Shown: positions 37,159 to 48,049, counted from the stretch's first letter. The stretch: 64,000 nt of DNA from Alphaproteobacteria bacterium (GCA_965214705.1 OZ243972.1:2240001-2304000), one strand, 5' to 3'. Numbers and translations are program-made. The notes: generated by a model not told the origin, from the letters alone.

Positions 37159-37716
37159 ATGGCGGCGATGACCACACCCGTCTGCGATTTCGGCTGGAAA
37201 GCGGTGGACTTCCGGCTGGAGGGGACCGACGGCAAGACCTATACGCTGGCGGACTGCGCCGGCGAGCGCGGCACGCTGGTGATGTTCCTCTGCAACCATT
37301 GTCCATTCGTGAAGGCCGTTATCGACCGGATCGTGGGGGACGTGGACGCACTCAAGAGCCACGGGATCGGCGCGGTCGCCATCATGCCGAACGACACCGA
37401 GGCCTACCCCGCCGATTCGTTCGAGAACATGAGACTGTTCGGTGCTCAGCACGGGTTCGGCTTCCCCTACCTCATCGACCCGACCCAGGAGGTTGCGCGC
37501 GCCTATGACGCGGCGTGCACGCCGGATTTCTTCGGCTTCGACCGCGGTCTCGGCCTGCAATACCGGGGCCGGCTCGACGCCTCGCGGATGGAGCCGGTGC
37601 CGGATGCGCGCCGGGAGCTCCTCGAGGCCATGATCCAGGTCGCCGAGACCGGGCGCGGGCCCGAGGAGCAGCTGCCGTCCATGGGCTGCTCGATCAAGTG
37701 GCGCGAAGCCGCTTGA
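37159..37716 (+). CDS. Thioredoxin-fold protein (AhpC/TSA-like)
   Basis: CNHCPFV, ACTPDF, PSMGCSIKW. Confidence 0.9.
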   Translation: MAAMTTPVCDFGWKAVDFRLEGTDGKTYTLADCAGERGTLVMFLCNHCPFVKAVIDRIVGDVDALKSHGIGAVAIMPNDTEAYPADSFENMRLFGAQHGFGFPYLIDPTQEVARAYDAACTPDFFGFDRGLGLQYRGRLDASRMEPVPDARRELLEAMIQVAETGRGPEEQLPSMGCSIKWREAA

Positions 37717-37770
37717 GCCGGTCTCCCGGGCTTTGCGGGCAGGCTGAGCGGCGCTGACGGAGGCACGCGC

Positions 37771-38514
37771 GTGGCGGATATCTTCCGAGAGGTCGATGAG
37801 GACCTTCGGCACGAACGCTATCTCAAGCTGTGGCGGCGGTGGCGCTACTGGCTGCTCGGGGTGGGCGTGGCAGCGCTCGGCGCCGCGGTCGCAGTTGTGA
37901 TGATCGCCGATGCCAGGGACAGCGCCCGCGAGGCCGAGGGGCGGCAGTTCGCGGCCGCCATGGCCGGGATCGAGTCCGGGCGCAGTGCGGAAGCCGTCGA
38001 GCAGCTGGCGGTGCTTGCTGCCGATTCCGAGACCGGGTACGCAGCGCTCGCCCGGCTCGCGGAGGCCGACGCGCGCGCCGGGCGCGGGGATATCAGCGGC
38101 GCTATCTTCGTCTACGACCAGATCGCCGCGGACTCCCGGCTCGACCCCCTCTATCGCGACCTGGGCGCCCTGCTCGCCGCGCAACGACTGATCGACCGTG
38201 CATCCGCTGCAGAAGTCAGCCAGCGGCTCGCGCCCCTGCTGGCGGGCCATTCGCCGTGGCGGCCGCTGGCGACGGAGCTTTCCGCCATCGCCGAGCTGCG
38301 CGCCGGCAACGAGGCGGCGGCGCGCGGGCTCTTCGCCGAGCTCGTGAGCGACCCGGCCGCGCCGCTGGGCTTGCGGCAGCGGGCGGCTGAGCTGTTGATG
38401 AGCCTTGGCGGCGATTTGGAGGCGGCGCTTGCGGGCGGTGCCCAGTCGGCCGACTGGGATGACGCCGACGCCGGAGGCTCGGACGACGCAGCCGCCGGGA
38501 GCACGGCGGAATGA
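37771..38514 (+). CDS. YfgM-like TPR membrane protein
   Basis: DIFREVDEDLR, single TM helix; precedes bamB-der. Confidence 0.88.
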   Translation: MADIFREVDEDLRHERYLKLWRRWRYWLLGVGVAALGAAVAVVMIADARDSAREAEGRQFAAAMAGIESGRSAEAVEQLAVLAADSETGYAALARLAEADARAGRGDISGAIFVYDQIAADSRLDPLYRDLGALLAAQRLIDRASAAEVSQRLAPLLAGHSPWRPLATELSAIAELRAGNEAAARGLFAELVSDPAAPLGLRQRAAELLMSLGGDLEAALAGGAQSADWDDADAGGSDDAAAGSTAE

Positions 38515-39866
38515 GGCGCGCCGCACCCAAGGGCATCGCGCGTGGCGCCACCCTGCTCGGCCTTTGCGTCCTCTTGGGCCTTGGCGGCTGCGACACCGTC
38601 TCGGGATGGTTTGGCGACGAAGAGGCGTCGCCGGTGCCGGGCGAGCGGTTTTCGGTGATTTCCCTCGAACGGCAGCTCGAACCGGACCCCGGCGCCGACG
38701 CGCTGACGGTGCGCCTGCCGCCGCCCTACATGAACCAAGACTGGCCACAGTCGGGCGGCTACCCCCACCACGCCATGCATCACTTGGCTGCGGCAGACGT
38801 TCTCACCGAGCGCTGGCGGGCCAGAATCGGCAGCGGCACCGACGACGACGGGCCCGCTCTCGCATCGCCGGTCGTGGCCGCCGGGCGCGTCTTCACCATG
38901 GACACGAGGAGCCTGATCTCGTCCTTCGACGCCGACACCGGTGCAAGGCTATGGGCCGCCGACATGCTGCCGGAGGACGATGACGAGGGTGCATTCGGCG
39001 GCGGCCTTGCAGTGGCAGGGGGCTGGCTGTTCGCGACGACGGGGCTTGGCCACGTGCTCGCGCTGGATGCGGAGACAGGTGCTTTGCAATGGCAGCAGTC
39101 GGTCGGCGTGCCCGTGCGCACTCCGCCCGTGGTCTCCGGCGGCCGCGTCTTCGCCATAAGCCACGACAATCGGTTGTGGGTGCTGGATGCCCGCACCGGC
39201 GCCGTGCAATGGAGCCATGCGGCGATCGCGGAGAGCGCGGGCTTTCTCGGCGGCGCGGCCCCGGCAGTGGATGGCGGCATCGTGGTGGCACCCTTCTCGT
39301 CCGGCGAGTTGACGGCGCTTCGGGTCGAGAACGGCCGCACGGTCTGGGCCGACATCCTCGCCGTCCAGGGCGTCCGTATCGGCGCCATCGCCACGTTCAA
39401 CGATACCGACGGCAACCCCGTGATCGACCGCGGCATGGTGTTCGCCATCGGGCATGGCGGGCGCATGGTCGCGATCGACGAGCGCAGCGGCCGGCGCATT
39501 TGGGAGCGGGACATCGCCGGTCTCGACACGCCCTGGGTCGCGGGCGACTTCATCTTCGTGTTGACCGCAGACGGCGAGGTTCTCTGCGTCGCGCGCGAGA
39601 GCGGCGCCATTCTCTGGGTGCGGTCGCTGCCGCGCTTCGAGGACCCGGAGGAGCGCGAGGACCCGATCTTCTGGTCCGGCCCGATCCTCGTCGGCGATCG
39701 GCTCATCGCTGCGGGGTCGGACGGCAGGATTCTCGCGGTCTCGCCCTACGACGGTCGCATTCTCGGCGGGCGCGATGTCGGGAGCGCCGTTCGCGAGCCG
39801 CCCGTGGTCGCCGATCGGACGCTCTTCCTCCTGACCGACGCAGCGGATCTGATCGCGCTGCGCTGA
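38511..39866 (+). CDS. bamB: PQQ-like beta-propeller lipoprotein (BamB)
   Basis: Lipobox LGGC, repeated Trp-docking PQQ-like motifs, yfgM-bamB-der synteny. Confidence 0.85.
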   Translation: MRRAAPKGIARGATLLGLCVLLGLGGCDTVSGWFGDEEASPVPGERFSVISLERQLEPDPGADALTVRLPPPYMNQDWPQSGGYPHHAMHHLAAADVLTERWRARIGSGTDDDGPALASPVVAAGRVFTMDTRSLISSFDADTGARLWAADMLPEDDDEGAFGGGLAVAGGWLFATTGLGHVLALDAETGALQWQQSVGVPVRTPPVVSGGRVFAISHDNRLWVLDARTGAVQWSHAAIAESAGFLGGAAPAVDGGIVVAPFSSGELTALRVENGRTVWADILAVQGVRIGAIATFNDTDGNPVIDRGMVFAIGHGGRMVAIDERSGRRIWERDIAGLDTPWVAGDFIFVLTADGEVLCVARESGAILWVRSLPRFEDPEEREDPIFWSGPILVGDRLIAAGSDGRILAVSPYDGRILGGRDVGSAVREPPVVADRTLFLLTDAADLIALR

Positions 39867-39882
39867 GGCTGAGGCCGGGCCT

Positions 39883-41214
39883 GTGGCCTTCACCGTTGCC
39901 ATCGTGGGACGCCCCAACGTCGGCAAGTCGACGCTCTTCAACCGGCTGGTCGGCCGGCGCGCGGCCCTCGTCGCGCCGACGCCCGGCGTAACGCGGGACC
40001 GGCGCGAAGGCTGGGCGCGCATCGGCCCGCTCAGGTTCCGCGCCATCGACACCGCCGGGCTCGAGGAAGCGGCGCCGGAAACCATCGCCGGCCGTATGAT
40101 GGCGCAGACCGAACGGGCGTTGGAAGAGGCCGACGCCGCGTTGCTTCTGATCGACGGGCGGGCAGGGGTGACGCCGGCGGACGAGTTCTTCGCGAACCAG
40201 CTCCGGCGGCTGCACGTGCCGGTCGTCCTCGCGGTCAACAAGTGCGAGGGCGGCGCGGCCGAGAGTGGGGTCGCCGAGGGTTATGCCCTCGGGCTCGGGC
40301 AGCCGATCCCGATCTCGGCCGAGCACGGCGAGGGCCTTGCGGACCTCTATGACGCACTCAGTCCCTTCGATTCCGAGACGTCGGAGGACGCAGCCCGTGC
40401 GGACGACGTGCTCCGGCTCGCCATCGTCGGCCGCCCCAATGTCGGCAAGTCGACGTTGCTCAACCGGCTGGTGGGCGAGGCGCGGGTCATCACCGGCGCG
40501 GAGCCGGGGCTCACGCGGGATTCGATCGCCGTGCGCTGGTCCTATGAAGGCCGCGCGGTCGAATTGGTGGATACGGCTGGCTTGCGCCGCCGAGCCAAGA
40601 CCGTGGCAGCGCTCGACAAACTCTCCGCGCGCGATGCCGAACGGGCGCTGGGCCAGGCGGCGGTGGTGCTTGTCGTGTTCGACGCCACCGACCCCGCCGG
40701 CCGTCAGGACATGGCGATCGCCGCCCGCGCAGCAGACGAAGGCCGGGCCGTCGTCATCGTGCTCAACAAGTGGGACGTGGTGCGGAACCGCGCGGCCACC
40801 CGCGCCGCCATCCAGGACCGGCTGGAGACCGCACTCGCGCAAGTCAAAGGGGTTCCGGTGGTGACCTGCTCGGCGCTGACCGGCGCGGGGATCGACGGCA
40901 TCATGCCGGCGGTGCTCGCCGCCTTCGATACCTGGAATCGCCGCGTGCCCACCGCCCAGCTCAACCGCTGGCTGGAAGGAGCGGTCGCCCACCATCCGCC
41001 GCCGCTCGCGGCCGGCCGAAGGCTCAGGCTCCGCTACATCACCCAGGTGAAGGCCAGGCCGCCCACCTTCGCCCTCTTCGCGAGCAAGCCGCAGGCCCTG
41101 CCCGAGAGCTACCGCCGCTATCTGGTGAATGGGATCGGCGCCGAATTCGGCCTCGCCGGCGTGCCCATCCGCCTGCTGCTGCGCGCCGGCAAGAACCCTT
41201 ATGCACCAGGGTAG
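39883..41214 (+). CDS. der: Ribosome biogenesis GTPase Der
   Basis: Two GRPNVGKS/DTAG/NKxx G domains plus KH-like C-terminus. Confidence 0.97.
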   Translation: MAFTVAIVGRPNVGKSTLFNRLVGRRAALVAPTPGVTRDRREGWARIGPLRFRAIDTAGLEEAAPETIAGRMMAQTERALEEADAALLLIDGRAGVTPADEFFANQLRRLHVPVVLAVNKCEGGAAESGVAEGYALGLGQPIPISAEHGEGLADLYDALSPFDSETSEDAARADDVLRLAIVGRPNVGKSTLLNRLVGEARVITGAEPGLTRDSIAVRWSYEGRAVELVDTAGLRRRAKTVAALDKLSARDAERALGQAAVVLVVFDATDPAGRQDMAIAARAADEGRAVVIVLNKWDVVRNRAATRAAIQDRLETALAQVKGVPVVTCSALTGAGIDGIMPAVLAAFDTWNRRVPTAQLNRWLEGAVAHHPPPLAAGRRLRLRYITQVKARPPTFALFASKPQALPESYRRYLVNGIGAEFGLAGVPIRLLLRAGKNPYAPG

Positions 41215-41367
41215 GGTGGATTTCTCGCCGAGGCAGCGTTAAGGGCGTCGATGCCTGTCCGCGCGCGTCATGCGCAATGCGGAAGGCCGGGGAAGGAAAC
41301 AAAATCGAAAATTACAAAACGAACCCAATTTCTCATAACGCGTTGTTTCGCAACGAAATATTATGGG

Positions 41368-42906
41368 TCACGCTGATCCCTCCGCCTCCAGCTCTTCGCG
41401 CAGGGTGCGCTTGAGCACCTTGCCGTAGTTGTTCTTGGGCAGGCCCGCCACGATGCGGTAGGCGCGCGGGCGCTTGAAGCGGGCGATGCTCTCCAGGCAG
41501 AGCCGGTCGAGCCGGTCTTCGGTGACGCTCTGGCCGTCGTGGGGCACGACGAAGGCGACCACCTCCTCCCCCCACTCGGAATGCGCGCGGCCGACGACCG
41601 CGGCCTCGCGCACCGCTTCGTCGCGCAGCAGGACCTCCTCGATCTCGCGCGGGTAGATGTTGGTTCCGCCGGAGATGATCATGTCCTTGGCGCGGTCGAG
41701 CAGGGTGAGGAAGCCGTCCTCGTCGAAGCGGCCGACATCGCCGGTGTGCAGCCAGCCGCCCTTGAGCGCGCTCGCGGTGGCCTCCGGATTCTCCCAGTAG
41801 CCCGGGATCACGACATCGCCGCGCACGATGATCTCGCCGCTCTCTCCCGCAGGGAGGGGGCGGTCCTCTTCATCGACGACGCGCACCTCGACATCGGTGC
41901 GTGCGATCCCGGCCGAGCCCAGGCGTTCGCGGTAGCGCGGGTGATTCCTGTCTTCGTGATAGGCCCTGGAGAGTGCGGTAATCGTCATCGGGCTCTCGCC
42001 CTGTCCGTAGATCTGGGCGAGCTTGGGGCCGAAGGCCGCGAGAGCGCGTTCTACGTCGGCCACGTACATCGGGCCGCCGCCATAGATGATGAGGTCGAGG
42101 TTGGCGGTGTCGGCGCTGCCGAGCGCCGGGCTGTCCAGCAGCCGCACCACCATCGTCGGCGCTGCGAACATGCTGAGGCCGGGGTGCTGCTCGATCAGGT
42201 TGAGCACCTCCGCCGGCTCGAAGCCGCCGCTCTCGGGAATCACGTTGTTCGCGCCCTTGGCGATGAAGGGCAGCGCGTAGAGGCCGGAGCCGTGGGAGAG
42301 CGGCGCCGCATGCAGCACGCAATCGTCGGGCGTGATTGGGTTGAGGTCGGCGAAGTAGCTCAGCGTCATCATCATCAGGTTGCGGTGAGTGATGGTGGCG
42401 CCCTTGGGCCGGCCCGTGGTGCCGCTGGTGTAGAAGAGCCAGGCGGGTTCGTCGGGTCGGGCTGCGGCGGGACCTTCCGCGTCGTGGCCGAGCATGGCGC
42501 GCCAGTCGTCCGAGCCCGCGACCAGCGGCGCTGCAAGGCCCGGCACCTCGCCACGCACGCTCTCGATCCCCTCGGCGTGGCCCTCGTCGGTGATGCAGAG
42601 CCGGGTCCCTGAATTGCCCAGGATGTAGGCGACCTCGCGCGGGTGCAGCTTGGCGTTGACCGGGACCGCGACGAGCCCTGCGTACCAGATGCCGAACAGC
42701 GCTTCCAGGTAGTCCGCCCGGTTCGCCATGACGATGGCCACCCGCTCGCCGGATTCGAGCCCGTGAAGCGCCCGGAGCGCGCCTGCGATCGCCCCGGCAC
42801 GCCCGTGAAGCGTGCCGTAGTGGGCGGTGACCTCGTCGCCGAGCGAGACCGCAGGCCGCTCGGGTAGGCTCCGCGCGGTCTTCGCCAACAGCGCCGCAAT
42901 ATTCAT
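41368..42906 (-). CDS. AMP-binding acyl-CoA synthetase
   Basis: [35 protein letters not shown]. Confidence 0.92.
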   Translation of the reverse strand: MNIAALLAKTARSLPERPAVSLGDEVTAHYGTLHGRAGAIAGALRALHGLESGERVAIVMANRADYLEALFGIWYAGLVAVPVNAKLHPREVAYILGNSGTRLCITDEGHAEGIESVRGEVPGLAAPLVAGSDDWRAMLGHDAEGPAAARPDEPAWLFYTSGTTGRPKGATITHRNLMMMTLSYFADLNPITPDDCVLHAAPLSHGSGLYALPFIAKGANNVIPESGGFEPAEVLNLIEQHPGLSMFAAPTMVVRLLDSPALGSADTANLDLIIYGGGPMYVADVERALAAFGPKLAQIYGQGESPMTITALSRAYHEDRNHPRYRERLGSAGIARTDVEVRVVDEEDRPLPAGESGEIIVRGDVVIPGYWENPEATASALKGGWLHTGDVGRFDEDGFLTLLDRAKDMIISGGTNIYPREIEEVLLRDEAVREAAVVGRAHSEWGEEVVAFVVPHDGQSVTEDRLDRLCLESIARFKRPRAYRIVAGLPKNNYGKVLKRTLREELEAEGSA

Positions 42907-43073
42907 GGTCGAGCCCCGTTTCCCTCTTTCGTCTCCCGGCCTTCCTATACCTGCGAGGCCAAGGCCGCGCTACCGGCTACAAGCTGCAAACGATCGCGGC
43001 ACAAACGCTTTGTCCGCCATGCTGGCCGCGGTTATTCTCTCCGCCAGACGCGATTCACGGGTTGGGGGGTAGC

Positions 43074-43547
<474 letters not shown>

Positions 43548-43671
43548 GCGGTTCGGGAGTAAATCGTATGACCGCCTGTCATACCAAGGCGCACATCGCC
43601 CGGTGCAAGGCGGGCGTCTTGTGGTGTAGAGTGTCGGTGAGCGCCTGAGAGGCGCGAAGGGGGTAACGAAC

Positions 43672-44151
43672 GTGCAGAAATCGCTTCATATCGACCCGGA
43701 CAAGTGTACCGGATGCCTGCAATGCGAGCTGGCCTGCTCTCACGTGAATGAGGGGGTGTTCAACCCCGCCAAGTCTCGCATCAAGGTGTTCAACTTCCAC
43801 GATCAGGGGCGGATGGTCCCCTACACCTGCACCCAGTGCGACGAGGCGTGGTGCATGCAGGCCTGCCCGGTCGATGCGATCACGCTGGATGCGGAGACCG
43901 GCGCCAAGGTGGTCTCCGATGCGCTCTGCGTGGGCTGCAAGGTGTGTACCATCGCCTGCCCCTTCGGGACCGTGAACTACAACGCGTCCACCGGCAAGGT
44001 GATCAAGTGCGATCTCTGCGGCGGCGATCCCGAGTGCGCCAAGGCGTGCCCGACCGCGGCGATCACCTACGTGGACGCGAACTGGACCGGCCTGGATCGG
44101 ATGCGTCAGTGGGCGGCCAAGACCGACGCCGGCGCGCAAGCCGAGGCCTAG
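43672..44151 (+). CDS. Polyferredoxin with four [4Fe-4S] clusters (AorA-like)
   Basis: CTGCLQC, CTQC..C..ACP, CVGCKVC..ACP, KCDLC..C..ACP. Confidence 0.9.
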   Translation: MQKSLHIDPDKCTGCLQCELACSHVNEGVFNPAKSRIKVFNFHDQGRMVPYTCTQCDEAWCMQACPVDAITLDAETGAKVVSDALCVGCKVCTIACPFGTVNYNASTGKVIKCDLCGGDPECAKACPTAAITYVDANWTGLDRMRQWAAKTDAGAQAEA

Positions 44152-44163
44152 GGAGGACTCGTC

Positions 44164-46008
44164 ATGGCATGGGCAAGGAACGTGCTGCGGGTGAACCTCA
44201 CCGAGGGCACCTGCGCGAACGAGCCGTTGAACATGGATTGGGCCCAGAAGTACCTGGGCCAGCGGGGGCTCGCGACCAAGTATCTGGTCGAGGAGACCGA
44301 CCCGAGGGTCGATCCGCTCTCGCCCGATAACAAGATGATCATGACCACCGGCCCGTTGACCGGCACCTGCGCGTCGACGGCCGGGCGCTATTCGGTCGTG
44401 ACCAAGGGCGCGCTCACCGGCGCCATCGCGTGCTCGAACTCCGGCGGCTTCTTCGGCAACGAGATGAAGAACGCCGGCTACGACATGATCATCTTTGAAG
44501 GCCGGTCGCCGAACCCGGTCTACCTCCTGGTCGAGAACGACAACGTCCAGCTGATCGACGCCAGCGAGTTCTGGGGCAAGTCGGTCTGGGACACCGAGGA
44601 GGGGATCAAGGCCAAGCACCAGGATCCGCTGATCCGCGTCGCCTCCATCGGCGTCGCCGGCGAGGCTGGCGTGAAGTTCGCCTGCGTGGTGAACGACATG
44701 CACCGGGCCGCCGGGCGCTCCGGCGTCGGCACGGTGATGGGGTCGAAGAACCTCAAGGCTGTCGCGATCCGCGGCACCCTGGGCGTCTCGGTCGAGGATG
44801 TCGGCTCCTTCATGCAGGCGACCGCCGAGGGCAAGCAGACCCTTGCGGACAACGCCGTCACCGGCCAGGGCCTGCCGGCCTACGGCACCCAGGTGCTGAT
44901 GAACGTCATCAACGAGGTCGGTGCGCTGCCCACCCGCAACCATCGGGACGTGCAGTTCGAGGGCGCGAAGAACATCTCGGCCGAGGCGATGGCCGAGCCC
45001 CGTGCCGACGGCAAGCCGAACCTGGTGACCAACGCCGCCTGCTTCGGCTGCACCATCGCCTGTGGACGGGTTTCCACGGTCGAGCGCAGCCACTACACGG
45101 TGGCGGAGCGGCCGGAGTACCAGATTGCCTCCGGCGGCCTCGAGTACGAGGCGGCCTGGGCGCTGGGCGCGGCAACGGGCGTGGACGATCTCGACGCGCT
45201 CACCTTCGCCAACTTCATCTGCAACGAGCAGGGCATCGACCCGATCTCCTTCGGCGCCACCGTCGGCGCCGCCATGGAGCTCTATGAAGAGGGCGTCATC
45301 GGTGACGCCGAGACCGGCGGCATCGAGTGCAAGTTCGGCTCCGCCAAGGCGCTGACCGACCTCGCCGAGCTCACTGGCAAGGGCGAGGGTTTTGGGGCCG
45401 AGATCGGCCTCGGCTCCAAGCGGCTCTGCGAGAAGTACGGCAAGCCGGAGCTTTCGATGTCGGTCAAGGGCCAGGAGTTCCCGGCCTACGATTCGCGCGG
45501 CATCCAGGGCATGGGCCTCGCCTATGCGACCGCGAACCGGGGCGCCTGCCACCTGCGGGCCTACACCGTCTCGTCCGAGATCCTGGGCGTGCCGGAGAAG
45601 ACCGACCCGCACGTGACCGAAGGCAAGGCGGGTCTGGTCAAGGCCTTCCAGGACGCGACCTCCGCGGTCGATTCTTCCGGCCTCTGCGTCTTCACCACCT
45701 TCGCCTGGTCGCTCGACGACATCGCACCGCAGATCAACGCGGCCTGCGAGGGCGACTGGACGGCGGAGAAGCTGCTGGAAGTCGGCGAGCGGGTCTGGAA
45801 CCTGGAGCGGCAGTACAACTGTGCGGCGGGCTTCACGGGCAAGGACGACAACCTGCCCGCGCGTCTCCTCAAGGACGCGGCGAAGACCGGCCCGGCAGAG
45901 GGGCTCACCAACGGCCTCGACCAGATGCTGCCGGAATACTACGAGGTGCGCGGCTGGACCGACGAGGGCGTGCCCAGCAACGAGACGGTGGAGCGCCTAG
46001 CGCTCTAG
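44164..46008 (+). CDS. Tungsten aldehyde:ferredoxin oxidoreductase family catalytic subunit (AorB-like)
   Basis: SNSGG, AAGRSGVGTVMGSKNLKA, CFGCTIAC, EYEA, GACH, EYYEVRGW. Confidence 0.93.
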   Translation: MAWARNVLRVNLTEGTCANEPLNMDWAQKYLGQRGLATKYLVEETDPRVDPLSPDNKMIMTTGPLTGTCASTAGRYSVVTKGALTGAIACSNSGGFFGNEMKNAGYDMIIFEGRSPNPVYLLVENDNVQLIDASEFWGKSVWDTEEGIKAKHQDPLIRVASIGVAGEAGVKFACVVNDMHRAAGRSGVGTVMGSKNLKAVAIRGTLGVSVEDVGSFMQATAEGKQTLADNAVTGQGLPAYGTQVLMNVINEVGALPTRNHRDVQFEGAKNISAEAMAEPRADGKPNLVTNAACFGCTIACGRVSTVERSHYTVAERPEYQIASGGLEYEAAWALGAATGVDDLDALTFANFICNEQGIDPISFGATVGAAMELYEEGVIGDAETGGIECKFGSAKALTDLAELTGKGEGFGAEIGLGSKRLCEKYGKPELSMSVKGQEFPAYDSRGIQGMGLAYATANRGACHLRAYTVSSEILGVPEKTDPHVTEGKAGLVKAFQDATSAVDSSGLCVFTTFAWSLDDIAPQINAACEGDWTAEKLLEVGERVWNLERQYNCAAGFTGKDDNLPARLLKDAAKTGPAEGLTNGLDQMLPEYYEVRGWTDEGVPSNETVERLAL

Positions 46009-46036
46009 CCCGCATCGTTCGTTACTCTTGTGACGG

Positions 46037-46075
46037 CGGGGGGCCGCGCGCGCTGAACAGGGCGTCGGCCCCCCG
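46037..46075. terminator. Intercistronic hairpin between the aorB-like and aorC-like genes
   Basis: CGGGGGGCCG ... CGGCCCCCCG, perfect 10-bp stem. Confidence 0.55.
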
Positions 46076-46180
46076 GCTTGTATCGGAGAAGACGGCACTG
46101 AACGCGACGAAACGGGCCATTCCCTGCCGCGCACGGGCGCGGGCGCAGGGGACGGCGCGAACAGCCAAGCGGGAGCCAAC

Positions 46181-47428
46181 ATGCAGCATGTGATCGTGGG
46201 TGCCGGCCCGGCCGGCGTGGTCGCAGCCGAAACCTTGCGCAAGGGCGACCGGAACGCCGACATCGTTCTCATCGGCGACGAGCCGGAGCCTCCCTATTCG
46301 CGGATGGCGATCCCTTACGTCCTCGAAGGGATGATCGAGCAGAGCGGGACCTACCTCCGCAAGACTGACGGGCACTACGAGGGCCTCGGCATCCAGTATC
46401 GCCAGGGGCGGGCGGAATCCGTGGCAGCGGCTGACGGCACGCTCACTCTCAGCGGCGGCGAGAGCGTCTCCTACGACCGCCTGCTGATCTCCACCGGCGC
46501 GACCCCGCTCAGCCCGCCGGTGCCCGGCCTCGACCTGCCCGGCGTGCACAACTGCTGGACCCTCGAAGATTGCCGCGGGATCGCCAAGTTGCTCAACGAG
46601 GACGCCAACGTCGTGCTGATCGGCGCAGGCTTCATCGGCTGCATCATCCTGGAGGCGCTCGCCAAGCGCTGCGGCAACCTCACCGTGATCGAGATGGAAG
46701 ACCGCATGGTCTCGCGCATGATGGACGCCACGGCAGGCGGGATGCTGCAACGCTGGTGCGGGGCCAAGAACATCCGCGTCCTGACCTCGACTCGGGTCGC
46801 CGGTATCGAGGCGGCTTCCGGTGCGGGCGGCGACAAGGCGGTGGTGCTGGATAACGGCGAGAAGATCGACGCCCATCTGGTCGTGCTCGCCGTCGGCGTC
46901 GTACCCAATATCGGCTTCCTGGAGGGGAGCGGAATCAAGACCGACCACGGCGTGCTCGTCGATCAGCACCTGGAATCCAGCGCCAAGGGCGTGTTCGCCG
47001 CAGGCGACATGGCCCAGGGCCTCGACTTCTCCACCGGCGAGTACTCGGTGCACGCTATCCAGCCGACCGCGACCGAGCACGGCCGCATCGCGGCGCTCAA
47101 CATGCTGGGGCAGAACGCGCACTACAAGGGCAGCCTCAACATGAACGTGCTGGCGACGGTGGGGCTCGTCTCGAGCTCGTTCGGCAGCTGGGAAGGCGTT
47201 GCCGGCGGCGACAGCGGTGTCGCCGTGGACGAGGACGGGTACAAGTACCTCCGGCTGGAATTCGAGGGCGACCATCTGGTCGGTGCGCTCGGTATCGGGC
47301 TGACCGACCACGTGGGGGTGATCCGCGGCTTGATCCAGAACGAGACTGCGCTCGGCGACTGGAAGGAGCGGCTGCAGGAGAACCCGCACCGGGTGATGGA
47401 GGCCTACGTCGCCCACAGCCAGACCTGA
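46181..47428 (+). CDS. FAD/NAD-dependent oxidoreductase (AorC-like)
   Basis: GAGPAG, PYSR, GAGFIG, FAAGD. Confidence 0.9.
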   Translation: MQHVIVGAGPAGVVAAETLRKGDRNADIVLIGDEPEPPYSRMAIPYVLEGMIEQSGTYLRKTDGHYEGLGIQYRQGRAESVAAADGTLTLSGGESVSYDRLLISTGATPLSPPVPGLDLPGVHNCWTLEDCRGIAKLLNEDANVVLIGAGFIGCIILEALAKRCGNLTVIEMEDRMVSRMMDATAGGMLQRWCGAKNIRVLTSTRVAGIEAASGAGGDKAVVLDNGEKIDAHLVVLAVGVVPNIGFLEGSGIKTDHGVLVDQHLESSAKGVFAAGDMAQGLDFSTGEYSVHAIQPTATEHGRIAALNMLGQNAHYKGSLNMNVLATVGLVSSSFGSWEGVAGGDSGVAVDEDGYKYLRLEFEGDHLVGALGIGLTDHVGVIRGLIQNETALGDWKERLQENPHRVMEAYVAHSQT

Positions 47429-47479
47429 GCCGCGACGGCCGCGATCACGGCGCCACGCTACAGGCTCCGCGAATTCGCC

Positions 47480-47731
47480 ATGAAGGTGACCGTCAAGCTC
47501 TACGCCCTGCTGAGCGACTATCTCCCCGCCGGCGCCGTGGACAACCAGGTGGAGCTCGACCTGGACGACGGCACCACGCCCGAGGATGTGTTCGCCAGGT
47601 TCAACCTGCCCCGCCAGTATTGCTCCATCGTGCTGGTGAACGGCATCTACGTGGAGCCGAGCGAGCGTGGCTCCCACGCGCTGAGCGAGAACGACACGCT
47701 GGCGATCTGGCCGCCCGTGGCCGGTGGTTAG
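47480..47731 (+). CDS. MoaD/ThiS sulfur carrier (AorD-like)
   Basis: LVNG, C-terminal PPVAGG. Confidence 0.92.
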   Translation: MKVTVKLYALLSDYLPAGAVDNQVELDLDDGTTPEDVFARFNLPRQYCSIVLVNGIYVEPSERGSHALSENDTLAIWPPVAGG

Positions 47732-47773
47732 ACTGGCGAGATCGGCACAAGTCCCCGTCGCACGTCCGAGCCC

Positions 47774-48049
47774 GTGATCTTCGAGAAGGAGATGGCGATC
47801 GAGCGCCACGAGTTCCGGCGCACGCTGCGCCGCGCGCTCCCGGAGGCCCACATCTCGGAGCATGGCGACACGATCACGGTCCGCGAAGGGACCGGCACGC
47901 TGGAAATCACGCTCTCGTCCAGGCCAGAACGCCGCATCGGCCTGCTGGCGCTGCCGGTTCTCGCCGCGCGCTTCCACTACAGCGGTTACGACGACCCCGA
48001 AGGGCATCTCGCCCGGCTCGATATCTCCTTCCAGCGCGGCGGCGGATAG
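47774..48049 (+). CDS. Small protein with C-terminal GGG (AorE-like)
   Basis: 91 aa ending FQRGGG; last gene of the aor-like cluster. Confidence 0.72.
   Translation: MIFEKEMAIERHEFRRTLRRALPEAHISEHGDTITVREGTGTLEITLSSRPERRIGLLALPVLAARFHYSGYDDPEGHLARLDISFQRGGG

Noticed and set aside
41334-41365. Possible dif (XerCD) site from CATAA...TTATG
   Set aside because: The arms are 22 bp apart rather than 6, and there is no XerD arm TTATGTTAAAT.
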